Shown: positions 35,534-44,985, counted from the stretch's first letter. The stretch: 64,000 nt of DNA from an uncultured Fibrobacter sp. (GCA_934699585.1 CAKUWY010000006.1:44797-108796), one strand, 5' to 3'. The notes: a model not told the origin generated them from the sequence alone. Numbers and translations: made by a program.

Positions 35534-36138
35534 TTGAGCAGATTCGTGGAAAATTGATTCAGAAAAGTCCCACCTTCGCGGTGGTGGACGTGGCGGGCAT
35601 CGGCTACGGGGTGAATATCTCCGCACGCACGGGCGGCATGCTCCCCGACGAAAACGCCGAGGTGCTCCTGTACACGAACCTGGTGGTCCGTGAAGATTCC
35701 ATGACCCTCTTCGGATTTGCGGACCAGGCCGAAAAGGATTTGTTCCTGATGCTTTTGGACGTGAACGGCGTGGGTCCCAAGATGGCCCAGCGGATTCTGA
35801 GCGGGGTCTCCCCCGCCGACCTTTTGAACATGATTGCCAGCGACAACAAGAGCGCCCTGGGTAAAATCAAGGGCCTTGGCAAGAAGACCACCGAACAGAT
35901 GGTGCTCACCCTCAAGGACCGTGCGGCCACCATGCTTCAGGCTCTCGGGAACGTGGAAGGCTCGGGCGTCACGGGCATGGGCGTGCTTACCGGCGCCAAG
36001 ATGGAAGCGGTGCTTGCGCTCCATACCCTGGGGGTCAAGGACCCTGCGGCAGAAAAGGCCGTGGCCAAGGCCTACGAAAACCTGGGCGACAGCGCCGACG
36101 CGGCAGCCCTTATCCCCGAAGCCCTCAAGTACCTGTAA
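35530..36138 (+). CDS. ruvA: Holliday junction branch migration complex subunit RuvA
   Basis: MIEQIRGKLIQKSPTFAVVDVAGIGYGV.. and ..LLDVNGVGPKMAQRIL.. (HhH). The ATGA overlaps the upstream acyltransferase stop. Confidence 0.9.
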   Translation: MIEQIRGKLIQKSPTFAVVDVAGIGYGVNISARTGGMLPDENAEVLLYTNLVVREDSMTLFGFADQAEKDLFLMLLDVNGVGPKMAQRILSGVSPADLLNMIASDNKSALGKIKGLGKKTTEQMVLTLKDRAATMLQALGNVEGSGVTGMGVLTGAKMEAVLALHTLGVKDPAAEKAVAKAYENLGDSADAAALIPEALKYL

Positions 36139-36181
36139 TCTCCGTAATGAGCAAGCAGCACAAAGAACGCTTCGTTTACCA

Positions 36182-36256
36182 GATGGCGGATCAGGTCCGC
36201 CATGACGTTTGTCTTTTACCCCTTTATGTTCGTCATTCCGGCCTTGAGCCGGAATC
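36182..36256. repeat. REP-like hairpin doublet (head-to-head) in the ruvA/mqn spacer
   Basis: GATGGCGGAtcaggTCCGCCATGAC (36182-36206, inverted) and GTCATTCCGGCcttgaGCCGGAATC (36232-36256). Confidence 0.7.
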
Positions 36257-36276
36257 TAGCAGAAGAATCTAGCAAC

Positions 36277-37323
36277 ATGATGCCAAAACGCATTACAGAA
36301 GCCGAAGCCCTAGACCTGTTCAACAACGCACCCCTGAAGGAGCTGTGCACCATGGCTTGCACCGAAAAGGAACGCCGCCACGGAAAGAACGTCTATTGGG
36401 TCAACAACAGACAAATTAACTACACCAACGTCTGTGTTTTGCATTGCAAGTTCTGCGCCTTCTCCAAAATCAAGAAGGACAGCCCCACCGCCTACGACTG
36501 GGACTACGATACCATCAGGGCAAAGGCCGCCGAGGCCATCGGCCAGGGAGCGCGGGAACTCCACATTGTAGGCGGCCTCCACCCGGACCATCCCTTCGAC
36601 TACTACATCGACATGCTGGCGAAACTCCGCAGGGAGTTTCCGAAGGTGAACCTGAAGGCCTTTACCGCCGTAGAAATCTGCCACTTCTCGAAAATCTCGG
36701 ACCAGAGCCCCGAGCAGATCATGGCGACGCTGAAAGAGGCAGGCCTCGACGCACTCCCCGGAGGCGGCGCCGAAATCCTGGTGCAAAGCGTCCGGGACCA
36801 GATCTGCCCGGGTAAAGAAACTGGCGAGGAATGGCTTTCGGTACACAGGGCGGCCCACAGGCTCGGCATTCCCACCAACGCCACCATGCTCTTTGGCCAC
36901 GTCGAAAAGCCCGAAGACCGCATCGCCCACATGAAAATGCTCCGTGACCTGCAAGACGAAGCCCCCGGATTCTTCGCCTTCATCCCCCTGGTTTACCACC
37001 CGGAACACAACGCCCTCCACAAGATTGTCCCCGAGATTACAAGCGAAGAGGATATCTTGCGGACCGTGGCGGTCTCGAGACTGTTCCTGGACAATTTCCC
37101 CCATATCAAGGCCTACTGGATACAGATGGGAATCGACACCGCCATGAAAGCCCTCCACGCAGGGGCTTCCGACCTGGACGGCACCATCATGGAAGAAAAA
37201 ATCACCCACGCCGCCGGAGCCACCGCCCCCGTAGGGATGAGCCCTTCACGCATGCGGGAACTGATTTTGAACGAAGGCCTCACCCCCGTCGAACGGGACG
37301 CCATGTACGAGACCTTCGGGTAG
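36277..37323 (+). CDS. Menaquinone (futalosine pathway) radical SAM enzyme, MqnE/MqnC family
   Basis: ..NRQINYTNVCVLHCKFCAF.., ..HIVGGLHPD.., ..LPGGGAEI.., ..TNATMLFGHVE.., ..LDNFPHIKAYW... Start ATG 36277. The track N-terminal extension from 36202 is encoded by a REP-like element. Confidence 0.8.
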   Translation: MMPKRITEAEALDLFNNAPLKELCTMACTEKERRHGKNVYWVNNRQINYTNVCVLHCKFCAFSKIKKDSPTAYDWDYDTIRAKAAEAIGQGARELHIVGGLHPDHPFDYYIDMLAKLRREFPKVNLKAFTAVEICHFSKISDQSPEQIMATLKEAGLDALPGGGAEILVQSVRDQICPGKETGEEWLSVHRAAHRLGIPTNATMLFGHVEKPEDRIAHMKMLRDLQDEAPGFFAFIPLVYHPEHNALHKIVPEITSEEDILRTVAVSRLFLDNFPHIKAYWIQMGIDTAMKALHAGASDLDGTIMEEKITHAAGATAPVGMSPSRMRELILNEGLTPVERDAMYETFG

Positions 37324-37326
37324 GGG

Positions 37327-37719
37327 CTAAACAACAAGTTTTGCCCACTGGGGAATGTCATCCGTTAAATATACAATTCGATTATTTTTTATCGTGGCAA
37401 TTTTTCTGAATTTTTCCGTATTGTCATAAAGTTCAACTTTATGGCACATTGGAATTACATCTTTCAATTTTTGAAGGGATTCTTTATATCGGCGTTCAAC
37501 ATCGACATCGGGGATGCCATGCCCACCAGCTTCGACGCGCTTGCGAATGCGCTCTTTTGCAAGATCCACATTTTCAACACAAACAAAGTACAGTTCTATT
37601 TCGTATCCGAATTCACGAACCTTTCTGATATTCCGAATGGAAAAATTCCCGCACAAGGTCGTTTCTTGATTAAACGATTCACGCCCTTCCAGACAGGAAT
37701 TCATCTTGTTTAGAGCCAA
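37327..37719 (-). pseudogene. Zeta-toxin/AAA-kinase-like gene lacking the N-terminal P-loop region (truncated)
   Basis: ..GRESFNQETTL.., ..YEIELYFVCVENVDLAKERIRKRVEAGGHGIPDVDVERRYKESL.. match the middle and C-terminal parts of zeta-like kinases. No Walker A is present, and there is no room for one before the upstream small ORF. Confidence 0.5.
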
Positions 37720-37756
37720 ACGTCCTGCATGAATTAAATCGGCAGAATTTCGGCAA

Positions 37757-37936
37757 CTAGAACCTCTTGGTTTCGATAACCTTGTCCTGCTTCTGCTGCA
37801 GGATTATATCACAGACCTTGGCGAAAAAATCCGCTTCCTCTGCACTCTGGGCACTATCGACCAAGTCGGACGAATCCGTAAAATTCATCCTTTTGCATTC
37901 CTCGTAAAGTTCATGCAATTTTTTAGTTTCACACAT
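37757..37936 (-). CDS. Small acidic protein, possible antitoxin partner of the zeta-like remnant
   Basis: 59 aa (MCETKKLHELYEECKRMNF..). GGTGAGG lies 6 nt upstream of ATG 37936. Its position is typical of an antitoxin. No family recognised. Confidence 0.35.
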   Translation of the reverse strand: MCETKKLHELYEECKRMNFTDSSDLVDSAQSAEEADFFAKVCDIILQQKQDKVIETKRF

Positions 37937-38116
37937 CTGTAACCTCACCCTAAATATACACTTTTCCACTAAAAAAGGCAAATGACATTCCCTATTTCGC
38001 CATTGATGCAAAAGGGAGGAACTGATTAATCACTTTTTAAGCAGTGATTAATGACTAAAAGCACTTGAAATACAAAGGGGGAAGCCTCCCCCTCGTCAAA
38101 GCCTTGCCCAACCATT

Positions 38117-38141
38117 GTCATGCCCGCCTTGAGCGGGCACC
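38117..38141 (+). repeat. REP-like hairpin element
   Basis: GTCATGCCCGCcttgaGCGGGCAC-C. Confidence 0.6.
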
Positions 38142-38316
38142 TCCGACCCTAACCAGCATCACCATTAAGCAATAGGGCAAGTCTTTGCCTACCCCCTCTG
38201 CGGGGGCACACCACCTAAAGGTGGCCATGCCCACATAAGCGCTGAAGCGCTAAGTGGTCAAAGGCCGCAACGCCCCCTAAATAATCCGAGTCTCAAGGGC
38301 ACAGTCGCAGGCACAG

Positions 38317-38619
38317 ATGGTGAAATTGTTTGATAAATACCAATCTGTTATTGCAAGGCACATCAAAAATGTGTTTAAGGAGGGAGAACTCCCACAAGAG
38401 GGTAATATGCAAATTTTGCATATTACCCTGTCAAAATTCAAGCCAACAACAATATATTCACTCGACGTATTTATCTCCGTCGGTTATCGCGTCAAATCAT
38501 TCCGAAGAACCCAATTCCGCCGCTGGGCGAATCAAGTCCTGAAAGACTACATACTCAAGGGCTATGCCGTAAACCAACGTAAAATTGCGACTGATTTGCA
38601 AATTGCAGACCGCTTATAG
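38317..38619 (+). pseudogene. RhuM-family (virulence-associated) gene fragment
   Basis: ..IARHIKNVFKEGEL.., ..YSLDVFISVGYRVKSFRRTQFRRWANQVLKDYILKGY.. match the conserved RhuM N-terminal region. It is only 100 aa, whereas intact family members are, as I recall them, several-fold longer. Confidence 0.6.
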
Positions 38620-38737
38620 CGTCTTGAACTTTATAACACCCGGGGAGGTCATTGAGAAGGTCCGCGAAAGCACGAAGGGGTGAAAAGGGAGAGGGGGGAG
38701 CGGATGATGCATGAAGGCCCTCGCCAAGATGATAGTG

Positions 38738-38761
38738 GATCCTCGCCTTCGCGAGGATGAC
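38738..38761 (-). repeat. REP-like hairpin element
   Basis: GATCCTCGCcttcGCGAGGATGAC has an 8-bp stem. Confidence 0.6.
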
Positions 38762-38792
38762 GAGAAAGGTCGCGAGGACGACATGCAGCAGA

Positions 38793-38918
38793 AGCGACCT
38801 TTGGACACTTGGCCTTTTATACGACTCTTAGTGCTTTAGCACTTAGTGGAGTTATGCCCTTTGGGTAAGGCCTTAGTGTACATGGCCACCTTTAGGTGGT
38901 GCGGGAGGCCTCCCCCAC
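38793..38918 (+). repeat. Dispersed ~126-nt structured repeat, copy A
   Basis: Positions 38793-38887 are identical (95/95) to 62785-62879; the tail is diverged. Contains hairpins agtgc-ttta-gcact, ccacct-tt-aggtgg and gggagg/cctccc. Confidence 0.9.
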
Positions 38919-39017
38919 CATTTTAGCGACCCCTAGTCCAGTTTTTAGGCTGTCCCGTCGTTTTTCTTGACCTAAAGTTCGTGTTTTTTGCCCCATTTTT
39001 CTATCTTTGAGCCCACT

Positions 39018-42000
39018 ATGAGCAATTTGAAGAACGATTTGTGGGTCGGCGTGGACGTGGGTTCTACCACCGTGAAAATCGCAGTTGTCGATCCAGAGAC
39101 CAGCAAGCTTTTGCATTATACGTACCAGCGCCACAACGCCATGCAGGCGCAAAAGGTTTACGAGGTGCTGCGGGAGGCTCACGGGCTGTTCCCCGAAAAG
39201 AATTTCAGGGTTGCCTTCTGCGGTAGCGGCGGTCAGCCCTTCGCCGAAGCCACCCATGCCTTCTTTGTGCAAGAAGTGGTGGCCAACGCCCTTGCGGTGC
39301 GTGCAACTTACCCGGAATCTAGGGTCGCCATCGAACTGGGCGGCCAGGATGCAAAGGTGGTGTTCTTCGAAAAAGACAAGACTACCGGCAAGCTCATTGC
39401 CTCTGACATGCGTATGAACGGCGTGTGCGCCGGCGGTACCGGTGCCTTTATCGACCAGGTGGCCGAACTTTTGCGCATCAAGACTGAAGCCTTCGAAGGC
39501 TTCGCCAAGCGGGGCCAGAAGGTTTACGAGATTTCGGGCCGTTGCGGCGTGTTCGCCAAAACCGACATCCAGCCCATGCTGAACAACGGCGTTGCCAAGG
39601 AAGACATCGCCCTTTCCAGTTTCCACGCCATCGCAAAGCAAACCATCGGCGGTCTTGCCCAGGGTATGGAAATCAAGCCGCCCGTGATTTTCGAAGGTGG
39701 CCCGCTCACCTTTAACCCGACACTCGTTCGCGCCTTCAAGGAACGCCTAGGCATTAGCGACGAGCAGGCCATTGTGCCGGAACACTCCGAAGTGCTGGTG
39801 GCCATGGGTGCCGCCCTTTCCCTCGGGTCCATGTTCGCCGATCAGGAATGCCAGTACCGCCGGGAAGGCTCCCTGGATTCCCTCATCCACTTCAACGAAA
39901 CCCGCCAGGCCGAAAACAAGGCCAAGGCCGCCGCCGACCTGTTCTTCAAGAACGACGCCGAATACAAGCTGTTCCTGGAAGAACACAAGATGGCGGGCAA
40001 CAACTACCCCCAGCCCGCCTCGGGCTCTACCCTGAACGTGTACCTGGGTATTGACGCGGGTTCTACCACCACGAAGTTCGTCTTGATGGACGAGCAGGAA
40101 AACGTGGTGGACGGCTTTTACGCCAGCAACAACGGCGAACCCCTGCAGGTGCTGAAAAACGCCCTGAACGAACTCAGCGACCGCTACGAGGAATACGGCT
40201 GCACCCTGAACATTTTGGGTGTAGGAACAACTGGCTACGGCGAGCAGCTTTTTGCGAAGGCCGTACACGCCGACTACCATACGGTGGAGACGGTGGCCCA
40301 CGCCAACGCCGCCCAGAAGATCTGCCCCGACGTAAGCTTCATCTTGGACATCGGCGGCCAGGACATGAAGGCCATCTCCGTGCAAGACGGCGTAGTCACG
40401 GGTATCATTCTGAACGAGGCCTGCTCTTCGGGTTGCGGCTCCTTTATCGAGACCTACGCCCGGAGCCTGGGAATTCCTATGGAAAAGATTGCGGAACTGG
40501 CCTTCAACGCCAAGAGTCCGTCCCAGTTGGGCAGCCGCTGCACCGTGTTCATGAACAGTTCCATCATCACGGAACAGCGCGACGGCAAGCAGCCCGAAGA
40601 CATTATCGCAGGTATCTGCCGCTCCATTATCAATAACGTTTTCACGAAGGTGATTCGTATCCGCAACCTGAACACCCTGGGCAAGAAGGTCGTGGTACAG
40701 GGCGGTACCTTCAAGAACAACGCCGTTCTCCGCGCCTTCGAGCAGTACACGGGCCTAAAGCCCATCCGTCCCGAACGTCCGGGCGAAATGGGCGCTATCG
40801 GTATCGCGCTTTTGACCAAGAAATTCATGGAAGAAAAGCGCAAGACCGAACCGGAACTCAAGAGCCGCTTTATCGGGCTTGACGCCATGAAGACCTTCAG
40901 TTGGCACAACCAGCCGGGTCAGCTCTGCCAGTACTGCACCAACCATTGCTCACGTACCATCGTGACCTTCAGCGACGGCCAAAGCTTCGTGACGGGTAAC
41001 CGCTGCGAACGCGGCGAAGTCACCGCCGACCCCAACGACCCGAAGACCAAGGCGCTCATCGCCGAAATCAACAAGAAGATGCAGTCCGTGCCCGACATGA
41101 TTAAGCGCACGAACCAGCTGTTGGTCAAGGACTACGCTCCGGCAAAGCTTGTGGAGAACAACGGCAAGACCATCGGTATTCCCCGCGTGCTGGAATTCTG
41201 GGCGAGCCTCCCCTTCTGGAAGGCCTTCTTTACAAGCCTTGGCTACACCGTCGTAGTGAGCCGCCAGAGCGACTACAAGATGTTCGAAGCGGGCCTCCAC
41301 AGCGTGCCCTCTGACACGGTTTGCTTCCCGGCAAAGCTGGTCCACGGCCATGTGCTCAGTCTCATCGAAAAGAAGGTGGACCGCATCTTCTTCCCCATGA
41401 TGGTGGCGGTTCCCAGCGACCACACCAAGTTCACGGCAACGTCCGTTTGCCCCGTAGTGCAGGCCTACCCCAACGTCTGCAAGAACACCGACGAGCCCGA
41501 AAAGAATTACGGCGTTCCCATGGACCAGCCCATATTCCACTGGTTCAACGCCAAACTCCGTCGCAGCCAGACTATTGACTGGTTCCACGAAAACTGGAAG
41601 CTGGACAAGAAGCTTTTGGACAAGGCTGTAACCGAAGGCGAGAAGGCGCTCAACAGTTACCGCACCACGCTTTTGGAAGAAGGCCAGAAGGTGCTGGACG
41701 ACGTCCGGGCGAAAAATTCCTTTGCCGTGGTGATTGCAGGCCGCCCCTACCATGCGGACACGCTCATCAACCACAACATCGCAAGCCACTTTACCGCCAT
41801 GGGCATTCCGGTGCTCACCACCGAATCGCTCCCCGGCGTTTACGACCAGGATGTGCCCAGCCACACCCGTATCGAAATCAAGAACACCTTCCACTTGCGC
41901 ATGATTGGTGCCACCATGATTGCGGCGAAGGATCCAAACATCGAACTTGCGCAAATCGTAAGTTTCGGTTGCGGACACGACTCCATCTTGACCGACGAAA

Positions 42001-43451
42001 TGATGCGCATGCTGCACCTTGATTCCAACAAGGAAATGCTCATGCTCAAGCTGGACGAGGGTGATGCCCGGGGCCCCGTGGGAATCCGCGTCAAGAGCTT
42101 TATCGAAACGGTAAAGGCCCGCCGCGCGGCAAACCTGCCCGACAAGCCCGAAAGCCACGAGCCCCTGTTCCACACGCCCTTCTTGCCCGAAGACAAGAAG
42201 CGTCGCCGCATTCTGACACCGAACCTCTCTCCCGCCTTTACCGTGCTGGCTAGCGAATACATGAAGCGGGAAGGTTACATCGCCGAATACCTGCCGGTGG
42301 CCGACCGCAAGGCCATCGAACTCGGCAAGAAGTTCGTGCACAACGACATCTGCTTCCCCTGCCAGGTGAACATCGGCGAAGCCCTCCGCTGGCTGGTGGA
42401 ACACCCCGAAGTTCCGCAGAACCAGGTTTCCATGTGCCTTGCCAAGAACTGCGAAAACTGCCGCGCCGTGCAGTACGCCGTACTCGCCCGTAAGGCCCTT
42501 GACGAAGCCGGTTTCAAGGACGTGACCATCATTACCACCGGCGTGGACTACAAGGGCATGCACCCCGGTTTCCAGCTGGGCCTCGACTTCAGACTCCACA
42601 TGCTGTGGGGCCTTGTGACCATGGACGCCATCGAGACCATGTACCGTGCCGTGCGCCCCTACGAAGTGAACGCAGGCGACACCCAGAAGGTCTACGACGA
42701 ATGGATGCCCAAGGTGATTGCCGTCGCAGGCCACCTGACCACAGCCCAGCTAGTGCGGCCCTCCAAGCTCATCGAAGTCTTTGAACAGTGCATCGAGGCC
42801 TTCAACGGAATCGAAATCACCGAAGAACGCAAGAAGGGTATCCGCAAGCCACGCGTAGCCGTGCTTGGCGAAATCCTGATGAACTACCACCCCAGCGCCA
42901 ACGGCTTTGTGGAAAACTACCTGATGAACAACGGCATGGAAGTCTACCTGCCGGGCATAACGGACTTTTTCCGCGTGGACGAGGTGGTCCGCGCCGAAAA
43001 GATCAAGCGCGGATTCTCCGCGAACCCCATCATGGACCGCGTGGAAGGCGGCGTGACGGCAAGGGTCTATACCCACGCCGTGGAGACCGCCCGCAAGTCC
43101 ATGCACAAGTTCAAGCTGTACGAGCACCACGCCGACTGCGTGGAACTGAAGGACTACGTTTCCGACATCATCGACCCCACCTACAACACGGGCGAGGGCT
43201 GGATGATTCCGGGAGAAATCCTGTACAACGCACAGCACGGAGTGAACAGCTACATCATCTTGCAGCCCTTCGCCTGCCTTGCAAACCACATCTCCGGCCG
43301 TGGCCTTACCAAGGCCGTGAAGGAACGCTGCCCCCACGTGCAGATTCTTAGTCTTGACTACGACCCGGATACCAGTTTTGCAAACATCGAAAACCGCCTG
43401 CAGATGCTGATTATCAACGCCCGCGAGCTGGAAAAAGCAAACCAGAAATGA
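39018..43451 (+). CDS. BCR/HAD-family fusion protein: two BcrAD/BadFG-type activase ATPase domains plus dehydratase-like/DUF2229-like C-terminal half; architecture of the anaerobic plasmalogen synthase PlsR-PlsA
   Basis: Two actin-fold ATPase starts (..VGVDVGSTTVKIAVVD.. and ..YLGIDAGSTTTKFVLMD..), each followed by ..GGQD.K.. and ..ACSSGCGSF../..CAGGTGAF.. cluster-ligand regions. The C-terminal ~800 aa carry Cys motifs (..CQYCTNHCSRT.., ..CFPAKL.., ..CFPCQ..). Start ATG 39018. Confidence 0.7.
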   Translation: MSNLKNDLWVGVDVGSTTVKIAVVDPETSKLLHYTYQRHNAMQAQKVYEVLREAHGLFPEKNFRVAFCGSGGQPFAEATHAFFVQEVVANALAVRATYPESRVAIELGGQDAKVVFFEKDKTTGKLIASDMRMNGVCAGGTGAFIDQVAELLRIKTEAFEGFAKRGQKVYEISGRCGVFAKTDIQPMLNNGVAKEDIALSSFHAIAKQTIGGLAQGMEIKPPVIFEGGPLTFNPTLVRAFKERLGISDEQAIVPEHSEVLVAMGAALSLGSMFADQECQYRREGSLDSLIHFNETRQAENKAKAAADLFFKNDAEYKLFLEEHKMAGNNYPQPASGSTLNVYLGIDAGSTTTKFVLMDEQENVVDGFYASNNGEPLQVLKNALNELSDRYEEYGCTLNILGVGTTGYGEQLFAKAVHADYHTVETVAHANAAQKICPDVSFILDIGGQDMKAISVQDGVVTGIILNEACSSGCGSFIETYARSLGIPMEKIAELAFNAKSPSQLGSRCTVFMNSSIITEQRDGKQPEDIIAGICRSIINNVFTKVIRIRNLNTLGKKVVVQGGTFKNNAVLRAFEQYTGLKPIRPERPGEMGAIGIALLTKKFMEEKRKTEPELKSRFIGLDAMKTFSWHNQPGQLCQYCTNHCSRTIVTFSDGQSFVTGNRCERGEVTADPNDPKTKALIAEINKKMQSVPDMIKRTNQLLVKDYAPAKLVENNGKTIGIPRVLEFWASLPFWKAFFTSLGYTVVVSRQSDYKMFEAGLHSVPSDTVCFPAKLVHGHVLSLIEKKVDRIFFPMMVAVPSDHTKFTATSVCPVVQAYPNVCKNTDEPEKNYGVPMDQPIFHWFNAKLRRSQTIDWFHENWKLDKKLLDKAVTEGEKALNSYRTTLLEEGQKVLDDVRAKNSFAVVIAGRPYHADTLINHNIASHFTAMGIPVLTTESLPGVYDQDVPSHTRIEIKNTFHLRMIGATMIAAKDPNIELAQIVSFGCGHDSILTDEMMRMLHLDSNKEMLMLKLDEGDARGPVGIRVKSFIETVKARRAANLPDKPESHEPLFHTPFLPEDKKRRRILTPNLSPAFTVLASEYMKREGYIAEYLPVADRKAIELGKKFVHNDICFPCQVNIGEALRWLVEHPEVPQNQVSMCLAKNCENCRAVQYAVLARKALDEAGFKDVTIITTGVDYKGMHPGFQLGLDFRLHMLWGLVTMDAIETMYRAVRPYEVNAGDTQKVYDEWMPKVIAVAGHLTTAQLVRPSKLIEVFEQCIEAFNGIEITEERKKGIRKPRVAVLGEILMNYHPSANGFVENYLMNNGMEVYLPGITDFFRVDEVVRAEKIKRGFSANPIMDRVEGGVTARVYTHAVETARKSMHKFKLYEHHADCVELKDYVSDIIDPTYNTGEGWMIPGEILYNAQHGVNSYIILQPFACLANHISGRGLTKAVKERCPHVQILSLDYDPDTSFANIENRLQMLIINARELEKANQK

Positions 43452-44554
43452 TAATGCGGAGAGCCGTTCTGTTCTACCTGTGCATAGCGATTTTCGCTTT
43501 TGCACAGTCTAGTTCCGCTCCTCCCTCCAGCAAGGAAATCAACATGGACCTGGAACATGAAGACGTGTTCCAGCGTTATTCCGTAGTGCCGGTCCTGGGG
43601 TATACAGAAGAAACCGAATTCCAGTACGGTTTCATGGCCCTATTCTTCCTGAAGCCCGACCAGAAAGGAGAAAAGGTGCCCGAAATCGGGTTCACCGCTT
43701 ACGGTTCCACCAGAGACCAGCTTCACCTGGCCCTGGAGCCCTATTTCTATTTTCTCCACGACCGGGTCACCCTTTGGAGCCTGCTCAAGTACCAGGACTG
43801 GGTCGCCAGCTATTTCGGGAGAGGCAACGATCCGGACATAGACAAATTCGTCAACTACGACCGAAAAAAATTACAGCTGGGCACAAGGGTCGAATCCAGG
43901 ATAGGACTGCCCCAGAGCCTCAAGTACGGCGTCGAAATCCACGTAGAGCATTCGGACATAGACTTTGAGGAAAGCGAGACCATCAAGACCCCGGATACCC
44001 ATTCGGGCTGGCGAAACGGCATCGGTTACCTGTTTGGGCTGGACACCCGGGACAACACCAACTGGACCCGCCACGGTTACCTTTTGCAGTGGCAACAGAT
44101 GTTCTACAACAACCATTTCGGAGACTACACCTTCGACACGGAATCCCTGGACTTGCGAGGCTATACCGAAACACCCCTGCAAACCTCCCTGGCTCTCGGT
44201 TTTCTCTGGATGCGCTCCGGCGGAGACGTTCCCTTCGACATGCTGGCCGGCCCAGACGGAATATGCCGATTCCGCGGAGTGGAAAGTCTCTACTTCGGCG
44301 ACAACCAGGCGGTCATTCTTCAGGCAGAAATCCGGCGCTTCTTGTTCTGGCGTTTCGGGAGCCACGTCTTTTTCGAAGGGGGCAAGTCCGGCGGCTATTT
44401 CAGCGACCTGGTTCGCAACGAATGGCACAAGTCCGTCGGGATAGGCGCTCTGCTCGGCCTGAACCTGAAAGAAAACCTGTTTGCCCGCGCGGATTTTTCG
44501 TGGGTGGATTTCGACCACCTGGGTCTTTCGTTCTATGTCCGACAGGCTTTTTAA
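43448..44554 (+). CDS. Omp85/D15 (bacterial surface antigen) beta-barrel protein without POTRA domains
   Basis: Signal peptide MIMRRAVLFYLCIAIFAFAQS. ..LDLRGYT.., ..RFRGVESLYFGDNQ.. and terminal ..LSFYVRQAF fit an Omp85 barrel. The ATGA overlaps the stop of the 1477-aa gene. Confidence 0.65.
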   Translation: MIMRRAVLFYLCIAIFAFAQSSSAPPSSKEINMDLEHEDVFQRYSVVPVLGYTEETEFQYGFMALFFLKPDQKGEKVPEIGFTAYGSTRDQLHLALEPYFYFLHDRVTLWSLLKYQDWVASYFGRGNDPDIDKFVNYDRKKLQLGTRVESRIGLPQSLKYGVEIHVEHSDIDFEESETIKTPDTHSGWRNGIGYLFGLDTRDNTNWTRHGYLLQWQQMFYNNHFGDYTFDTESLDLRGYTETPLQTSLALGFLWMRSGGDVPFDMLAGPDGICRFRGVESLYFGDNQAVILQAEIRRFLFWRFGSHVFFEGGKSGGYFSDLVRNEWHKSVGIGALLGLNLKENLFARADFSWVDFDHLGLSFYVRQAF

Positions 44555-44580
44555 CCAACCTCTAACTCAACAACTTCCCT

Positions 44581-44985
44581 ATGACCCCTTGTAACCACAC
44601 CCACACCACCCGAATCGAAGTCCGCTATGCCGAAACCGACCAGATGGGGGTGGTCCACCATGCCGTTTATCCCGTCTGGTTCGAACTGGCCCGTACCGAC
44701 TATTTCCGTTCCCTTGGCGCCAGTTACCTGGAAATAGAAAAGGAGGGGTTTGTAAGCCCGGTTCTCAAGCTGGAAGTCCAATACAAGCGCCCCACCCACT
44801 ATGGGGAATTTGTGGATATCGAAACCACCCTGACCCGCAAGGGGGCTCTCCACTTCGTATTCGACTACAAGGTTTTTGTCGATGGAGCGCTCTGCACCAC
44901 AGGCTCATCCGTGCACTGCTTTCTAAAAAACGGGCAACCCACGCGAGAACTGCCCGACCAAGTCAGAAAAATATTCCCGGATTAA
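44581..44985 (+). CDS. Acyl-CoA/acyl-ACP thioesterase, 4HBT (YbgC/FadM) family
   Basis: ..IEVRYAETDQMGVVHHAVYPVWFELARTDYF.. is the hot-dog thioesterase signature. Confidence 0.8.
   Translation: MTPCNHTHTTRIEVRYAETDQMGVVHHAVYPVWFELARTDYFRSLGASYLEIEKEGFVSPVLKLEVQYKRPTHYGEFVDIETTLTRKGALHFVFDYKVFVDGALCTTGSSVHCFLKNGQPTRELPDQVRKIFPD

Noticed and set aside
36202-36276. N-terminal extensions of the track ORFs at 36202 (mqn), 60002 (leuC), 17401 (uvrA paralog), 38988 and 52474
   Set aside because: The extra residues are encoded by REP-like hairpins or by the end of the upstream gene. Conserved family N-termini (MMPKRITEAEA, MGKSLYQKIFESH, MNKPSFISIRG, MSNLKNDLWVGVDVGSTT, MVVPSKSAILQV) begin at internal ATGs, and the last of these has a GAGG ribosome-binding-site-like motif upstream.
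37327-37719. Intact zeta-type toxin / functional toxin-antitoxin pair
   Set aside because: No Walker A/P-loop is found anywhere in the ORF or in the in-frame upstream sequence, which runs into the preceding small ORF. It is called a truncated remnant instead.
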